Made by a program: the position numbers and the translations under genes. Under the pieces are notes generated by a model. That model was given only the letters and a program-made list of their open reading frames with translations. It was not told where the DNA came from and made no database searches. From the NCBI GenBank assembly GCA_028864875.1, contig JAGWLV010000002.1, positions 1 to 56,024 of the forward strand: 56,024 bases of DNA, given 5' to 3'. Below, piece after piece: positions 7,429 to 17,833 of this stretch. The DNA is from Patescibacteria group bacterium (GTDB lineage Bacteria > Patescibacteriota > Minisyncoccia > Phycocordibacterales > SBAW01). Within the stretch, counting starts at the first letter, position 1. Every line of letters begins with the position of its first letter.

Positions 7429-9081
7429 ATGAAGTCCTACACGCTGCGCGCCCGCGAGCACGAAAATCTGCTCGATGACCTGCTCGCCGCCCGCGGGGTG
7501 GACTTTGTGGAGCGCGACGCGTTCCTGAACCCGGATTTTGTGCAGGGGAGCGCCGACCCGTACCTGCTCCCCGACATGGAGCGGGCGGTGGAGCGCATCC
7601 TCGCAGCCAAAAAAAATAATGAAAAAGTCGCGGTATGGAGCGACTACGACGTCGACGGGACCTCGGGTGGCGTCATGCTCGTGCAATTTTTGCGCGCGCT
7701 CCCGCTCGACGTGGCGCACTACATCCCGCACCGCCATGAAGAAGGCTACGGCCTCAACGCCGAAGGACTCTCGGAGCTTGCGCGCGCCGGAGTCACACTT
7801 GTTGTGACGGTCGACTTGGGCAGCAGCGATGTGGGGCCTGTCGCGCACGCAAAGAGTCTTGGTACCGAGGTTATTGTGACCGACCACCACGAAGTGCCCG
7901 TACCCGGGCCCGTCGCATATGCGCTCGTCAATCCTAAACATGCCGGCTCCCAATATCCGTTTATGGGGCTCTGCGGCGCGGGCGTGGCATGGAAATTAGT
8001 CCAGGCGATCTTGCAGAAAGAGCGTCCAGCATCGTGGGGGCAGGAGGAGGAAAAGTGGTTGCTCGATTTGGTCGGGCTCGCGACACTCAGCGACCGCGTG
8101 CCGCTGCGCGGCGAAAATAGGATGCTCGCGCACTTCGGGCTGCGCGTGTTGCGCCGCGCGCGGCGGCCCGGGCTCGCGGCACTCCTCGACTTGTTGCGCA
8201 TCCGGCCGCACACACTCACCGAAGATGATGTCGGTTTTATGCTCGCGCCGCGTATCAACGCCGCATCGCGCATGGACTCCCCGCACTCTGCGGCAAAACT
8301 CCTCATGAGCGCCGACCCGCTTGAAGCCAAGCAACTTGCGCAGGAGCTCGACACGCTCAATCACGCCCGCAAGGGCATAGTGGCCGCGACGGTCAAGGAG
8401 GCCAAGCGCCGCCTCGCACAGAGTGTGGAGAGTCCGGTCATCGTGCTCGGCAACCCCGCGTGGCGCCCGGGCGTATTGGGGCTTGTGGCGGGGGCGCTGT
8501 GCGAGGCGGAGCGCAAACCCGTGTTTGTGTGGGGGCGCGAGGGCGGGAGCGTCATCCGCGGCAGCTGCCGCTCCGACGGCTCGGTGAGCGTCGTCGAGCT
8601 GATGCAGGGCGCGCACGCGCTTTTTGGCGAGTATGGCGGGCACCACGCCTCCGGCGGCTTTTCGCTCCCCGAGGAAAACATTCACACTCTCGGCGATGCA
8701 CTGCGGGGAGCCTACGAGCGTACCCGCGCGCAGGCGCACGAGCCGCAACCAACTGTTATAGATCGTGAGTTGCCACTCGGCGAACTGGGAGCTGCGCTCC
8801 CCGTGCTCGCACAACTTGCACCCTTCGGCGAGGGACACCAGAAGCCGCTGTTTGTACTCCCAAACATATCGCTCGGGCGCGTGCGCACCTTCGGCAAGCA
8901 GCAAAATCACCTTGATGTCGAATTGATACACGGCACCACCCGCGCCGCAGGGGTCGCCTTCTTTTCGACTCCGGAATCGTTTACAAAAAAAGCCGACGTC
9001 GGCGGGCGCGCCGACATCGTCGGCCATGTCGAGCGCGACTGGCGCGGGCAGCCGCGGGTGCGTATTGTTGATATTCTGTAA
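7429..9081 (+). CDS. recJ: Single-stranded-DNA-specific exonuclease RecJ
   Basis: 550 aa with DHH motifs: DYDVDGTSG, TVDLGS, VTDHH, and the GGH of DHHA1 (EYGGHHASGG). Confidence 0.92.
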   Translation: MKSYTLRAREHENLLDDLLAARGVDFVERDAFLNPDFVQGSADPYLLPDMERAVERILAAKKNNEKVAVWSDYDVDGTSGGVMLVQFLRALPLDVAHYIPHRHEEGYGLNAEGLSELARAGVTLVVTVDLGSSDVGPVAHAKSLGTEVIVTDHHEVPVPGPVAYALVNPKHAGSQYPFMGLCGAGVAWKLVQAILQKERPASWGQEEEKWLLDLVGLATLSDRVPLRGENRMLAHFGLRVLRRARRPGLAALLDLLRIRPHTLTEDDVGFMLAPRINAASRMDSPHSAAKLLMSADPLEAKQLAQELDTLNHARKGIVAATVKEAKRRLAQSVESPVIVLGNPAWRPGVLGLVAGALCEAERKPVFVWGREGGSVIRGSCRSDGSVSVVELMQGAHALFGEYGGHHASGGFSLPEENIHTLGDALRGAYERTRAQAHEPQPTVIDRELPLGELGAALPVLAQLAPFGEGHQKPLFVLPNISLGRVRTFGKQQNHLDVELIHGTTRAAGVAFFSTPESFTKKADVGGRADIVGHVERDWRGQPRVRIVDIL

Positions 9082-9083
9082 CT

Positions 9084-9506
9084 ATGGAGAAACTCATCGT
9101 ATACACCGACGGTGGTGCGCGCGGCAACCCGGGCCCGGCGGGCATCGGGGTCGTTATAACCGACGAGCAGGGCGTCGTGCTCCACGAGTGCAACGCCTAC
9201 ATCGGCGAGACGACCAACAACGTCGCCGAGTATGAGGCGCTCATCCGCGCGCTTGAAGATTTGCAGATGTTCGGCGACGTGTTGCGCACCGTGCCGGTTG
9301 AAGTACGCATGGACAGCGAGCTTATTGTCCGGCAAATGCAGGGCGCCTACAAGGTCAAAGAGCCCTCGCTCAAGGAACGTTTCGGCAAAGTGGCCGCGCT
9401 CAAACTCTCCCACGTGCCCAATCTCACCTTCACGCACATTCTGCGGGAAAAGAACACGCGTGCCGACGAGTTGGTCAACGAGGCCATCGATGCCCGCCTC
9501 GCCTAA
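9084..9506 (+). CDS. rnhA: Ribonuclease HI
   Basis: 140 aa with YTDGGARGNPGPAGIG, NNVAEYEAL, DSELIV and NTRADELV (DEDD residues). Confidence 0.9.
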   Translation: MEKLIVYTDGGARGNPGPAGIGVVITDEQGVVLHECNAYIGETTNNVAEYEALIRALEDLQMFGDVLRTVPVEVRMDSELIVRQMQGAYKVKEPSLKERFGKVAALKLSHVPNLTFTHILREKNTRADELVNEAIDARLA

Positions 9507-10929
9507 CACGTCGAGTCGAGGCGGGCCCACGGCAAGTAAGTGGCTCCTTGGGCTCCTTATTTTTTGTACGTTGCTTGCAGTGCGCGTGCTTGTGCTCGTG
9601 CACGCCGAGCGCGCAGACACGCTCCGGAATTTTATTAATACGACCGCAGTGGTTGCGGGTATTGTCGCCGACGATCCGGATGTGCGCGCCGCGTCCGTGC
9701 GCGCCACTGTGGATGTCCGTTCCATAAACGGGCGCGCGGCGGGCGGGCGGCTCATCGCCGTGTTGCCGCGCACGACGGCCGTAGCGTACGGCGACACCGT
9801 GAGTGTGCGCGGATTTGTCGAAGCGCCCGCCGCGTTTCAAACAGACACAGGGCGACTCTTCGACTACCCTGGCTACTTGCGCGCGCAGGGAGTCTCCGCA
9901 CTCATAAACTTTGCCTCGCTGCGCTCGGCAACCCCTGCGGGGCCGACGCTGCGCGGCACACTCTTTGCGCTCAAACACACGTTCGAGCGCTCGCTTGAAA
10001 AGACGCTCCCTCAGCCCGACACCGCACTGCTCGAAGGTGTGCTCCTCGGAGAAAAGAGCGGCCTGCCGGCGCCGCTCACGCAAGCGTTCATCATCGCCTC
10101 GCTCATCCACGTGGTCGTGCTCTCGGGCTACAATATTTCCATCGTCGCCGAGGCGGTCTTGCGGCTGCTGCGCCGCTTGCCACGGGTGTTGCGCTACGCG
10201 CTCGGCGCGGTGCTCATGATCCTTTTTGCGCTGGCAACCGGCCTTGCCGCAGCCACCGTCCGCGCGCTCATTATGGCGCTTGTCGCGATGCTCGCGCGCT
10301 ACCTGCGGCGCCCCACGCTTGCGCTGCGCTCGCTAGTAGCCGCCGTGGGCGCGATGATCCTGTGGAATCCACTCGTCGCACTCTACGACCCCGGGTTCGT
10401 ACTTTCGGTCCTTGCCACGTTCGGGCTCATTGTGCTTGCACCTGCGGTCGAGGCGCACCTGCCGCGGGTACTTCAGCGCGCGCCGCAGGTGCGCTCGATA
10501 GTGGCCTCGACAATTGCCGTGCAAATTTTTGTGTTGCCGGCGCTGCTCTACTTTACAGGCGTGCTCTCGTTCGTCGCACTGCCCGCGAATATCCTCGTCT
10601 TGCCGCTTGTGCCCTTCGCCATGCTCATGGGATTTGTCGCGGGGCTCCTCAACATGCTCAATCCGATACTCGCGCTTGTGCCCGCATTGCTCGGCGACGC
10701 GGTGTTGAAGTGGATGATGTTCGTCGCGCACGCGGCGGGTGCACTACCGCTCTCCCACGTGACGGTGCCCGCATTCCCCGCGTGGGTTGCAATGCTCGTC
10801 TATCTGCCGCTTAGTGTGCTAGCGCTTGTAATTTCGCGGAGCAAAATTCTCCGCGGAGGAGTTGGGGTCGTGTTTATCTCTCCGGAGCGGAGAGTTTTGC
10901 AAAGCGACTCTCAACAACACCCCAATTGA
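9490..10929 (+). CDS. comEC: ComEC/Rec2 competence channel protein (no C-terminal metallo-beta-lactamase domain)
   Basis: Start trimmed to ATG 9490, since the track ORF from 9232 overlaps rnhA out of frame. Polytopic membrane protein with an OB-like N-domain and a competence domain (LLEGVLLGEKSGL, LIHVVVLSGYNIS). The end overlaps sod convergently. Confidence 0.8.
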   Translation: MPASPNTSSRGGPTASKWLLGLLIFCTLLAVRVLVLVHAERADTLRNFINTTAVVAGIVADDPDVRAASVRATVDVRSINGRAAGGRLIAVLPRTTAVAYGDTVSVRGFVEAPAAFQTDTGRLFDYPGYLRAQGVSALINFASLRSATPAGPTLRGTLFALKHTFERSLEKTLPQPDTALLEGVLLGEKSGLPAPLTQAFIIASLIHVVVLSGYNISIVAEAVLRLLRRLPRVLRYALGAVLMILFALATGLAAATVRALIMALVAMLARYLRRPTLALRSLVAAVGAMILWNPLVALYDPGFVLSVLATFGLIVLAPAVEAHLPRVLQRAPQVRSIVASTIAVQIFVLPALLYFTGVLSFVALPANILVLPLVPFAMLMGFVAGLLNMLNPILALVPALLGDAVLKWMMFVAHAAGALPLSHVTVPAFPAWVAMLVYLPLSVLALVISRSKILRGGVGVVFISPERRVLQSDSQQHPN

Positions 10930-11479
10930 GATTTTTGAAAAAGGCGTCGATGTATGTGCCGCGCCCCGAGGCGCCGTAGTCGAGGATATACGCATGCTCC
11001 CACACGTCGAGCGCCAACAAAATCGGCAGTGTCACAAAGTGCCCCTGGTGCTGCTCGCCCACAAAGCCCGAGAGCGGCTGCCCAGCCTCCCGGTCCCAGT
11101 ACAAAATGGCCCAGCCCGGTCCGCGCACCGAGGCAACAAGCTTCATCATAGAGACGAGGTTGTCCGCTCCACGGTACTCTTTGTCGAGCATCTGCGTGAG
11201 CACTCCACCTTTTGAAATTTCTTTTGTGCCGCCTTCAAGCTGCGCGAAGTAGTGCTCGTGGAGGCGCATCCCGTCAAACTCAAACGCGCGCCGCCGGGCC
11301 AACTCGCCAAGCGCGATGGCGTACTTTTCGTGGTCGATGCCGGCCAACTCGTTAATTTGTGCTGACATCGCATTGAAATTTTTGACGTACCCCGCATAGA
11401 GTGCAAGGTGCTGCTTGACCGACTCGTCGGAGATGCCTTCAAGAGAGGGGAGGTTAAACTTTTTTTCTGCATAGTTCAT
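10874..11479 (-). CDS. Fe/Mn superoxide dismutase family protein
   Basis: Start trimmed to MNYAEKKFNLPSL. C-terminal LALDVWEHAYILDY is the metal-ligand motif, and LHEHYF is also present. TGgTATCCT lies 7 nt before the ATG (leaderless). Confidence 0.85.
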   Translation of the reverse strand: MNYAEKKFNLPSLEGISDESVKQHLALYAGYVKNFNAMSAQINELAGIDHEKYAIALGELARRRAFEFDGMRLHEHYFAQLEGGTKEISKGGVLTQMLDKEYRGADNLVSMMKLVASVRGPGWAILYWDREAGQPLSGFVGEQHQGHFVTLPILLALDVWEHAYILDYGASGRGTYIDAFFKNLNWGVVESRFAKLSAPER

Positions 11480-11548
11480 ACTTTTAAGGATACCAAAAAT
11501 AGGCCTATAAATCAGGTGAATTGGGGGATTGACTTTATACCCACAAAG

Positions 11549-11571
11549 TGCTATACTCGCGAACGGCTGAA
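11549..11571 (+). promoter_or_regulatory. Promoter/5'-leader module: TGcTATACT-7nt-GGCTGAA
   Basis: Sequence is gTGcTATACTcgcgaacGGCTGAAgggtctgcagttgcaggccc. A hairpin follows the heptamer. Confidence 0.55.
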
Positions 11572-11615
11572 GGGTCTGCAGTTGCAGGCCCGCCACAGAT
11601 TCTTTGGGGGAATCC

Positions 11616-11804
11616 ATGCGCGCCATCATTGGTACCTGCTTTGCTGTCGCTACCGTCATCGTTGCAGTGGCTGCCTATCACTCGGGCCTCGTCTATCGCG
11701 AGAAGCTGCCGAAAGTCTACACGCAGCTCTCCGAGCCGTGGCCCGACGCCGGCGGCCTCAGCATCGTCTCCAAGACCAAGGTCTCGGAAGCGCAAGCTCA
11801 CTAG
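11616..11804 (+). CDS. Small membrane protein
   Basis: MRAIIGTCFAVATVIVAVAAYH..., with a GGGGG SD-like run upstream. First unit of the minigene array. Confidence 0.5.
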   Translation: MRAIIGTCFAVATVIVAVAAYHSGLVYREKLPKVYTQLSEPWPDAGGLSIVSKTKVSEAQAH

Positions 11805-11824
11805 GCCGCAACACATTATTCGAG

Positions 11825-11856
11825 ACCGCCCGGTTTTGCCGGGCGGTTTTATTTTT
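11825..11856 (+). terminator. Intrinsic terminator (CCGCCCGG/CCGGGCGG family)
   Basis: ACCGCCCGG-ttttg-CCGGGCGGT followed by TTTTATTTTT. Confidence 0.8.
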
Positions 11857-11870
11857 ATACAAATTTGGAG

Positions 11871-11890
11871 TATGGTTGGAAGTGGCTGAA
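11871..11890 (+). promoter_or_regulatory. Promoter/5'-leader module: TATGGT-7nt-GGCTGAA
   Basis: Sequence is TATGGTtggaagtGGCTGAAgcaatacGAGGttggtcATG. Confidence 0.5.
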
Positions 11891-11907
11891 GCAATACGAG
11901 GTTGGTC

Positions 11908-12087
11908 ATGTTCGAAGCGCTTGAAAAGCTCAAAGGAGCAATGCACCGTCCTGGTTTGAAATATCCGCTCATCGCCATTGCATCAGTGCTCTGGCTCGTC
12001 GGCTTGGTGGACCAAATCTCCGACCCGATGCAATTGGCCAAGTACGTCGGCCTTTCGGCCCTCATCGCCGCCGTCATGTGGGTTTAA
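11908..12087 (+). CDS. Small membrane protein
   Basis: MFEALEKLKGAMHRPGLKYPLIAIASVLWLVGLV...LSALIAAVMWV. ATG 11908 is preferred over the track's TTG at 11902. Confidence 0.5.
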   Translation: MFEALEKLKGAMHRPGLKYPLIAIASVLWLVGLVDQISDPMQLAKYVGLSALIAAVMWV

Positions 12088-12096
12088 ATCAGACAG

Positions 12097-12123
12097 CCGC
12101 CCGGAAATCCTCCGGGCGGTTTC
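12097..12123 (+). terminator. Intrinsic terminator (same hairpin family, weaker T-run)
   Basis: CCGCCCGGA-aatcc-TCCGGGCGG followed by TTTCGCTT. Confidence 0.6.
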
Positions 12124-12148
12124 GCTTCCACGCACTTTAATGAAGGTG

Positions 12149-12170
12149 TGATATTCTACAAATGGCTGAA
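12149..12170 (+). promoter_or_regulatory. Promoter/5'-leader module: TGaTATTCT-6nt-GGCTGAA
   Basis: Sequence is gTGaTATTCTacaaatGGCTGAAgaaattcGGGGGAGaagATG. Confidence 0.5.
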
Positions 12171-12187
12171 GAAATTCGGGGGAGAAG

Positions 12188-12385
12188 ATGATCAAACAGT
12201 TGGCTTGTGCGGTAGTTGCGGCATACATCATAGGCTGCATTACGCTGGGAATAAGCGGACGACTGACTGAAGACCCGTCCGATTCCCAAACAGTCGATCG
12301 CACTCACAAGAGCGACCGTCTGTCTGCGGTCACCGCCGCAGTCCTGCATGATGAAGAAGACGACTGCGATTGTCACGAACAATAA
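12188..12385 (+). CDS. Small protein with one N-terminal TM helix and an acidic Cys/His tail
   Basis: MIKQLACAVVAAYIIGCITLGISG...HDEEDDCDCHEQ, with a GGGGGAG SD. Confidence 0.5.
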   Translation: MIKQLACAVVAAYIIGCITLGISGRLTEDPSDSQTVDRTHKSDRLSAVTAAVLHDEEDDCDCHEQ

Positions 12386-12421
12386 AAAACCGCCCGGTTC
12401 TGCCGGGCGGTTTTGCTTTTT
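12384..12421. terminator. Bidirectional intrinsic terminator (near-identical to the one at 11825)
   Basis: AAAAAACCGCCCGG-ttctg-CCGGGCGGTTTTGCTTTTT. Serves both the smORF (+) and rpmB (-). Confidence 0.8.
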
Positions 12422-12423
12422 AT

Positions 12424-12666
12424 TTAAATAATCCCCGCTTCTTTGAGCGTTTTGTACGCGCCGCGTTTGGCTATCGTCTTGATGGCCTGTGTCGAGAGCG
12501 TGAGCGTGATGGTGCGGTTGAGTTCCGGCACAAAAATGCGCTTTTTTTGGAGGTTGACCTGCTTGCGGCGCATGCCCGAGGGGTTGAATTTGGTAGCACG
12601 AACACGGTTGCTGTACTTGCCGGCAACTTTTGAGCCTTTTTTCGTGACGGGGCATGTCTTGGCCAT
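12424..12666 (-). CDS. rpmB: 50S ribosomal protein L28
   Basis: MAKTCPVTKKGSKVAGKYSNRVRATKFNPSGMRRKQVNLQKKRIFVPEL. Start trimmed to ATG 12666. Confidence 0.88.
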   Translation of the reverse strand: MAKTCPVTKKGSKVAGKYSNRVRATKFNPSGMRRKQVNLQKKRIFVPELNRTITLTLSTQAIKTIAKRGAYKTLKEAGII

Positions 12667-12679
12667 ATGGGACCGCAAC

Positions 12680-12689
12680 ATGCTATCAT
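12680..12689. promoter_or_regulatory. Overlapping divergent extended -10 boxes (TGcTATCAT on +, TGaTAGCAT on -)
   Basis: The + box is 12 nt before ATG 12702. The - box is 13 nt before ATG 12666. Implied leaders are only about 5-6 nt. Confidence 0.45.
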
Positions 12690-12701
12690 TTTTTAACTGT
12701 T

Positions 12702-13346
12702 ATGCAAGTTGATGCGCTCTTCGGACTGGTCGTACTTATATTCTCCGTGGTACTCCACGAAGTGGCTCACGGCTACATGGCCAACTGGCTCGGCGATCCG
12801 ACCGCACGCTTGCAGGGGCGGCTTACACTGAATCCCTTAGTACACGTCGACCCGCTCGGCTCGGTCTTGTTGCCGGCGATACTGCTCTTTACCCACTCGC
12901 CGATACTCATCGGCTACGCCAAGCCGGTACCCTACAACCCGTACAACTTGCCGGGGCGCTACGACGAGGCGTTCGTCGCGGCGGCGGGGCCCATGACCAA
13001 CATCGGACTCGCGGTCATCTTCGGCCTCGTCATACGCATGGCACCCGCACTCGACCCCACGCTCCAGGCGGCGTTCGGCGGCATCGTGCTCATCAACATC
13101 CTTTTGGCCTGCTTTAATCTCATCCCGGTGCCGCCACTTGATGGTTCCAAAGTCCTCTCGGCCTTTTTTGAGGTGCTCTCGCCCACGCTCGCGCGCGGGT
13201 ACAACACGTTCCGGCTCAATTTCGAGCGCCTCGGCGTACTTTCTGGCACGCTCCTTATTATGGTCATCTTTTATATAGTGGCGCCGTACTTTTTTGGCTC
13301 GATACTGGCGCCGCTCTTCTCGTTTTTGACAGGAGTGCCTCTGTAA
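12702..13346 (+). CDS. Site-2 protease family (M50) zinc metalloprotease
   Basis: HEVAHGYMANWLGD (HExxH), a polytopic membrane protein with a LIPVPPLDGSKV motif. Start trimmed to ATG 12702. Confidence 0.85.
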   Translation: MQVDALFGLVVLIFSVVLHEVAHGYMANWLGDPTARLQGRLTLNPLVHVDPLGSVLLPAILLFTHSPILIGYAKPVPYNPYNLPGRYDEAFVAAAGPMTNIGLAVIFGLVIRMAPALDPTLQAAFGGIVLINILLACFNLIPVPPLDGSKVLSAFFEVLSPTLARGYNTFRLNFERLGVLSGTLLIMVIFYIVAPYFFGSILAPLFSFLTGVPL

Positions 13347-13410
13347 TATAGATTGTGTGAGACGCCCGAGGGCTCTGCCCTGCAAAATCTAGGGCGTTTT
13401 GTCTTAAGAA

Positions 13411-13818
13411 ATGGCACGTATCTCGCAATTGGTCCGCAAGGGCCGCAAACAATTTAAGTCCAAATCGAAGAGCCCCGCACTCGGGGTCGGCTTCAACGTG
13501 CTCAAGAACAAGCCGGTGTACTACCCCTCGCCCTTCAAGCGCGGCGTGTGCACCAAGGTAACTACGACCACACCCCGCAAACCCAACTCCGCAATCCGCA
13601 AAATCGCACGTGTCCGTTTGACCAACGGCCGCGAAATCACCGCATACATCCCCGGCGAGGGCCACAACCTCCAGGAGCACTCGGTGGTCTTGGTGCGCGC
13701 CGGCCGCGTCAAGGACATAAACGTCCGCTATCAAATTGTGCGCGGGCGCCTCGACACCTCCGGCCTCGAGAAGCGCCGCGTCAGCCGCTCGCGCTACGGC
13801 ACCAAGCGCCCCAAATAG
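13411..13818 (+). CDS. rpsL: 30S ribosomal protein S12
   Basis: Contains [39 protein letters not shown]. Confidence 0.97.
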   Translation: MARISQLVRKGRKQFKSKSKSPALGVGFNVLKNKPVYYPSPFKRGVCTKVTTTTPRKPNSAIRKIARVRLTNGREITAYIPGEGHNLQEHSVVLVRAGRVKDINVRYQIVRGRLDTSGLEKRRVSRSRYGTKRPK

Positions 13819-13839
13819 ATAAGTAGATAAACTTTACGT

Positions 13840-14310
13840 ATGCGCCGCCCTGTAAAAAATCGCAATGTGCCCGGAGTCGACATCAAGTACGGCTCGGTGC
13901 GCGTGGAAAAGTTCATCAACTCGGTGATGTGGGACGGCAAGAAGTCGACCGCACGCAAAGTCGTGTACGACGCATTCGACATCATTAAAGAGAAGGCCAA
14001 GGTGGAGAATCCGGTGGAACTCTTCGACACCGCGGTGCGCAACGTGGGGCCGCAAATGGAAATCCGCTCCCGCCGCGTCGGGGGCGCCAACTATCAGGTG
14101 CCGCGCGAGGTGCGCCCCGAGCGCAAGCAAGCGCTTGCGTACCGTTGGATTTTGACCGCCGCGCGCGGCGGGAAGGGGAAGCCCATGGCCGAAAAATTAG
14201 CCGCAGAACTGATCGCCGCGGCCAACAACGAGGGCGCCGCTATCAAGAAGAAAGAGGACACGCACCGCATGGCCGAGGCCAACAAAGCCTTCGCTCACTT
14301 CGCGTGGTAA
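13840..14310 (+). CDS. rpsG: 30S ribosomal protein S7
   Basis: 156 aa with [15 protein letters not shown] and [16 protein letters not shown]. Confidence 0.97.
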   Translation: MRRPVKNRNVPGVDIKYGSVRVEKFINSVMWDGKKSTARKVVYDAFDIIKEKAKVENPVELFDTAVRNVGPQMEIRSRRVGGANYQVPREVRPERKQALAYRWILTAARGGKGKPMAEKLAAELIAAANNEGAAIKKKEDTHRMAEANKAFAHFAW

Positions 14311-14342
14311 CCATAGTAAAATAACAAGCGCCTTTTTTATTT

Positions 14343-16493
14343 ATGCCAAACAGGGACTACCCGCTCGAGAAAGTACGCAACTTCGGCATCATCGCGCACA
14401 TTGACGCGGGCAAAACGACCACATCCGAGCGCGTGCTCTACTACACCGGCGCGCAGCACAAAATCGGCGAGGTACACGAGGGCGAGACGACCACCGACTG
14501 GATGGAGCAGGAGCGCGAGCGCGGCATCACCATCACCGCCGCGGCCATCACCTGTTTTTGGACGCGCACAAACGAGCCGGACAAAAAAGACATCGCAAAA
14601 AAATTTCGCTTCAACATCATCGATACGCCGGGCCACATCGACTTTACGGTCGAGGTCAAGCGCTCTATGCGCGTCTTAGACGGCGCGGTGGTCGTCTTTG
14701 ACGGCGTTGCAGGCGTTGAGCCGCAGAGCGAGACGAACTGGCGCTATGCCGACGAGGCGCAGGTGCCGAGGATTTGCTTTATCAACAAGCTCGACCGCAT
14801 GGGCGCGAATTTTGAAAAGTCATACCAATCTATTTTGGAGCGCCTCACCAAAGCGGCAGTGCGCATGCAGCTCCCCATCGGTGCCGAGGGCGACTTCGAG
14901 GGCGTTATAGACCTCCTTGAGCGCAAGGCGTACAAGTTTGAAGGCTCGATGGGGGAGAGTGTCGTCGAGATGCCTGTGCCGGAGAATATGAAAGCCGACA
15001 TGGAAAAGTACCGCGGCGAACTTGTTGAGAAAATCGTCGAGACCGACGACAAGCTCATGACCGACTATCTTGAAGGCAAGGTGGCCGACCTGTCCGACTT
15101 GAAGGCGACGCTGCGCAAAGCGGTTATTGCAAACAAAATCTTCCCCGTCTACACCGGCTCGGCGCTGAAAAACAAAGGCGTGCAGTTGGTGCTCGACGGC
15201 GTTGTCGACTACCTGCCCTCGCCGCTTGATATGCCGCCTGTCAAAGGCACCAACCCCAAGACCGGCGAGGAGGTTGTGCGCACGGCCTCCGACACGGAGC
15301 CTTTTACCGCGCTCGCGTTCAAGCTCCAGGCGGACCCGTTTGTCGGCCAGCTGACGTTCTTTCGTGTCTACTCCGGCACCGTCGAGGCGGGCTCGTACAT
15401 TTTGAATTCTTCGACAGGCGAGAAGGAGCGCTTGGGCCGCATCGTACGCCTCCAGGCCGACAAGCGCGAGGAGGTAAAGAAGGTCTATGCCGGCGAAATC
15501 GCCGCCGCGGTCGGTTTGAAGTCCGCCAAAACCGGCCACACGCTGTGCGACGAAACCAACCCGGTTATTTTGGAGGGCATTACGGTGCCCGAGCCGGTCA
15601 TTTCGATGCGCATCGAGCCCAAAACCAAGGCGGACCAGGAGAAAATGGGCGTCGCACTCAAAAAACTTTCAGACGAAGACCCGACATTCCGTGTGACTAC
15701 CGACCAAGAGACCGCCGAGACGCTCATCTCCGGCATGGGCGAGCTCCACCTCGAAATTTTGGTCGACCGCATGAAGCGCGAGTTCAACGTCGACGCCAAC
15801 ACGGGCAAGCCGCAAGTCGCCTATCGCGAAACTATTACCAAGAGCGCCGAAGCGGAAGGCAAGTACATCAAGCAAACCGGCGGCCGCGGCCAGTACGGCG
15901 ACGTCAACTTGCGGCTGAAACCCATGGGCCCGCTTGAAACCAACAAAAAACTCGCCAAAAACATCACCCGCGAGGACCACTTCGAATTCATCAACAACAT
16001 CAAGGGCGGCGTGGTCCCCAACGAGTACATCCCCGCGGTTGAAAAGGGCGTGCGCGAGGCGATGGAGCGCGGCATTGTCGCGGGTTTTAAGATGGTCGAC
16101 ATTTCGGTCGAGCTCTACGACGGCTCGTACCACGACGTCGACTCTTCCGAAATTGCGTTTAAAATTGCGGCATCGATGGGCTTCCAAGACGCGGCCAAGG
16201 CCGCGGGCCCGGTCCTGCTTGAGCCTATTATGAAAGTCGAGGTGGTGACACCGGAGAAGTTCATGGGTGACGTCACCGGCAGCCTCAACTCCAAGCGCGG
16301 ACAGATTGAAGGGATGGAGGAGCGCGGCCTTGCACGCGCCATCCGCGCCAAGGTGCCTCTTTCAGAAATGTTCGGCTACACGACCAACTTGCGGAGTATG
16401 ACCGAGGGCCGCGCGAGCTTTACGATGGAGTTTGACCACTACGCGATAGTACCGCCCAACGTCGCACAGACGATTATTGCGGGGCGGAAATAG
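14343..16493 (+). CDS. fusA: Elongation factor G
   Basis: 716 aa with [20 protein letters not shown] and [11 protein letters not shown]. Confidence 0.98.
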   Translation: MPNRDYPLEKVRNFGIIAHIDAGKTTTSERVLYYTGAQHKIGEVHEGETTTDWMEQERERGITITAAAITCFWTRTNEPDKKDIAKKFRFNIIDTPGHIDFTVEVKRSMRVLDGAVVVFDGVAGVEPQSETNWRYADEAQVPRICFINKLDRMGANFEKSYQSILERLTKAAVRMQLPIGAEGDFEGVIDLLERKAYKFEGSMGESVVEMPVPENMKADMEKYRGELVEKIVETDDKLMTDYLEGKVADLSDLKATLRKAVIANKIFPVYTGSALKNKGVQLVLDGVVDYLPSPLDMPPVKGTNPKTGEEVVRTASDTEPFTALAFKLQADPFVGQLTFFRVYSGTVEAGSYILNSSTGEKERLGRIVRLQADKREEVKKVYAGEIAAAVGLKSAKTGHTLCDETNPVILEGITVPEPVISMRIEPKTKADQEKMGVALKKLSDEDPTFRVTTDQETAETLISGMGELHLEILVDRMKREFNVDANTGKPQVAYRETITKSAEAEGKYIKQTGGRGQYGDVNLRLKPMGPLETNKKLAKNITREDHFEFINNIKGGVVPNEYIPAVEKGVREAMERGIVAGFKMVDISVELYDGSYHDVDSSEIAFKIAASMGFQDAAKAAGPVLLEPIMKVEVVTPEKFMGDVTGSLNSKRGQIEGMEERGLARAIRAKVPLSEMFGYTTNLRSMTEGRASFTMEFDHYAIVPPNVAQTIIAGRK

Positions 16494-16613
16494 CCCTTGC
16501 GCGGTTTTAAGGCCTCATATATAGTTTGTGTCACTGCATTAGGGCGGGCTTTCCTATGCTCAAACGAGGGCGCGGGCGGAATTATTGTTGTTACAAATTA
16601 AGCATTAATTTAT

Positions 16614-17807
16614 ATGGCAGATTTTGATCGTCAAAAGCCGCACATCAACGTAGGCACCATCGGCCACGTTGACCACGGCAAGACCACGCTCACCGCCGGC
16701 ATCCTCCATGTCCTCGACATGGCCAAGGGCGACGGCTACGGCGCCCGTGTAGAAGGCGTCGAGGGTATCGACAATGCGCCGGAGGAAAAGGCGCGCGGTA
16801 TCACCATCGCGCTCCACCACTCGGAGTACTGGACGCCCAAGCGCCACTACGCGCACATCGACGCTCCCGGCCACGCCGACTACATAAAGAACATGATTAC
16901 CGGTGCCGCCCAAATGGACGGCGCGGTGCTTGTGGTCGCGGCGACCGACGGCGTGATGCCCCAGACTAGGGAGCACATCCTCCTTGCGCGCCAAGTCGGC
17001 GTGCCGAAAATCATCGTCTTCCTCAACAAGGTGGACATGGTTGACGACAAGGAGCTTGTCGACCTGGTCGAGGCCGAGGTCAAAGACCTCCTCGCCAAGT
17101 ATGGCTACAACGACGCTCCGGTTATCCGCGGCTCGGGCCTCAAGGCCCTCGAGAGCAAGGGCCTCGACGACGAGTACGCAAAGAAAGTACTCGAGCTCGT
17201 CAACACGCTCGACTCCTACATCCCGGACCCTGTCCGCGAGATGGACAAGCCCTTCCTTATGCCGATTGAAGACATCTTCTCGATTGAAGGCCGCGGCACC
17301 GTGGTGACCGGCCGCATCGAGCGCGGCAAGGTCAAGGTGGGTGAGGAAGTCGAAATCGTCGGTCTCCAGCCTACGGCCAAGACTACCATCACCGGCATCG
17401 AGATGTTCAACAAGCAGCTCCAGGAAGGGTTGGCGGGCGACAATGCCGGCATCCTCCTGCGCGGCACCAAGAAAGAAGACGTCCACCGCGGCCAAGTGCT
17501 CGCAAAGAGCGGCTCGGTGACCCCGCACACGGAGTTCGAGGCGGAAGTCTACGTCCTGACCAAAGACGAAGGCGGCCGCCACACGCCGTTCTTCTCCGGC
17601 TACAAGCCGCAGTTCTACGTGCGCACGACCGACGTGACCGGCGAGGTGACCCTGCCGCAGGGGACCGAGATGGTCATGCCCGGCGATACCATCACCTTCA
17701 AGGTAAAGTTGGTCGCTCCAGTGGCGCTCGAGGAAAAGACGCGCTTTGCAGTGCGCGAGGGCGGCAAGACTGTCGGCGCAGGCGTCGTCACCAAAATCAT
17801 CGCGTAA
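16614..17807 (+). CDS. tuf: Elongation factor Tu
   Basis: 397 aa with [38 protein letters not shown] and NKVD. Confidence 0.98.
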   Translation: MADFDRQKPHINVGTIGHVDHGKTTLTAGILHVLDMAKGDGYGARVEGVEGIDNAPEEKARGITIALHHSEYWTPKRHYAHIDAPGHADYIKNMITGAAQMDGAVLVVAATDGVMPQTREHILLARQVGVPKIIVFLNKVDMVDDKELVDLVEAEVKDLLAKYGYNDAPVIRGSGLKALESKGLDDEYAKKVLELVNTLDSYIPDPVREMDKPFLMPIEDIFSIEGRGTVVTGRIERGKVKVGEEVEIVGLQPTAKTTITGIEMFNKQLQEGLAGDNAGILLRGTKKEDVHRGQVLAKSGSVTPHTEFEAEVYVLTKDEGGRHTPFFSGYKPQFYVRTTDVTGEVTLPQGTEMVMPGDTITFKVKLVAPVALEEKTRFAVREGGKTVGAGVVTKIIA

Positions 17808-17833
17808 TTCTTACAATAATTTTTGAAGAAAAA

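Noticed and set aside
9232-9489. 5' extension of the ComEC ORF starting at 9232. Similar extended track starts are 10874..11659 (sod), 22649 (rpsC), 23712 (rpmC), 26865 (rplF), 33071 (beta-CASP), 41505 (ftsH), 44495 and 49848 (comF).
   Set aside because: The extensions overlap upstream genes or promoters and translate to junk. Internal starts reproduce the conserved N-termini.
15913-15919. Additional GGCTGAA occurrences inside fusA (15913..15919), inside the rpsS tail (22313..22319) and on the minus strand at 38794..38800.
   Set aside because: They lie within coding sequence, have no -10-like box 6-7 nt upstream, and have no start codon at the characteristic distance. Chance occurrence of a heptamer is expected.
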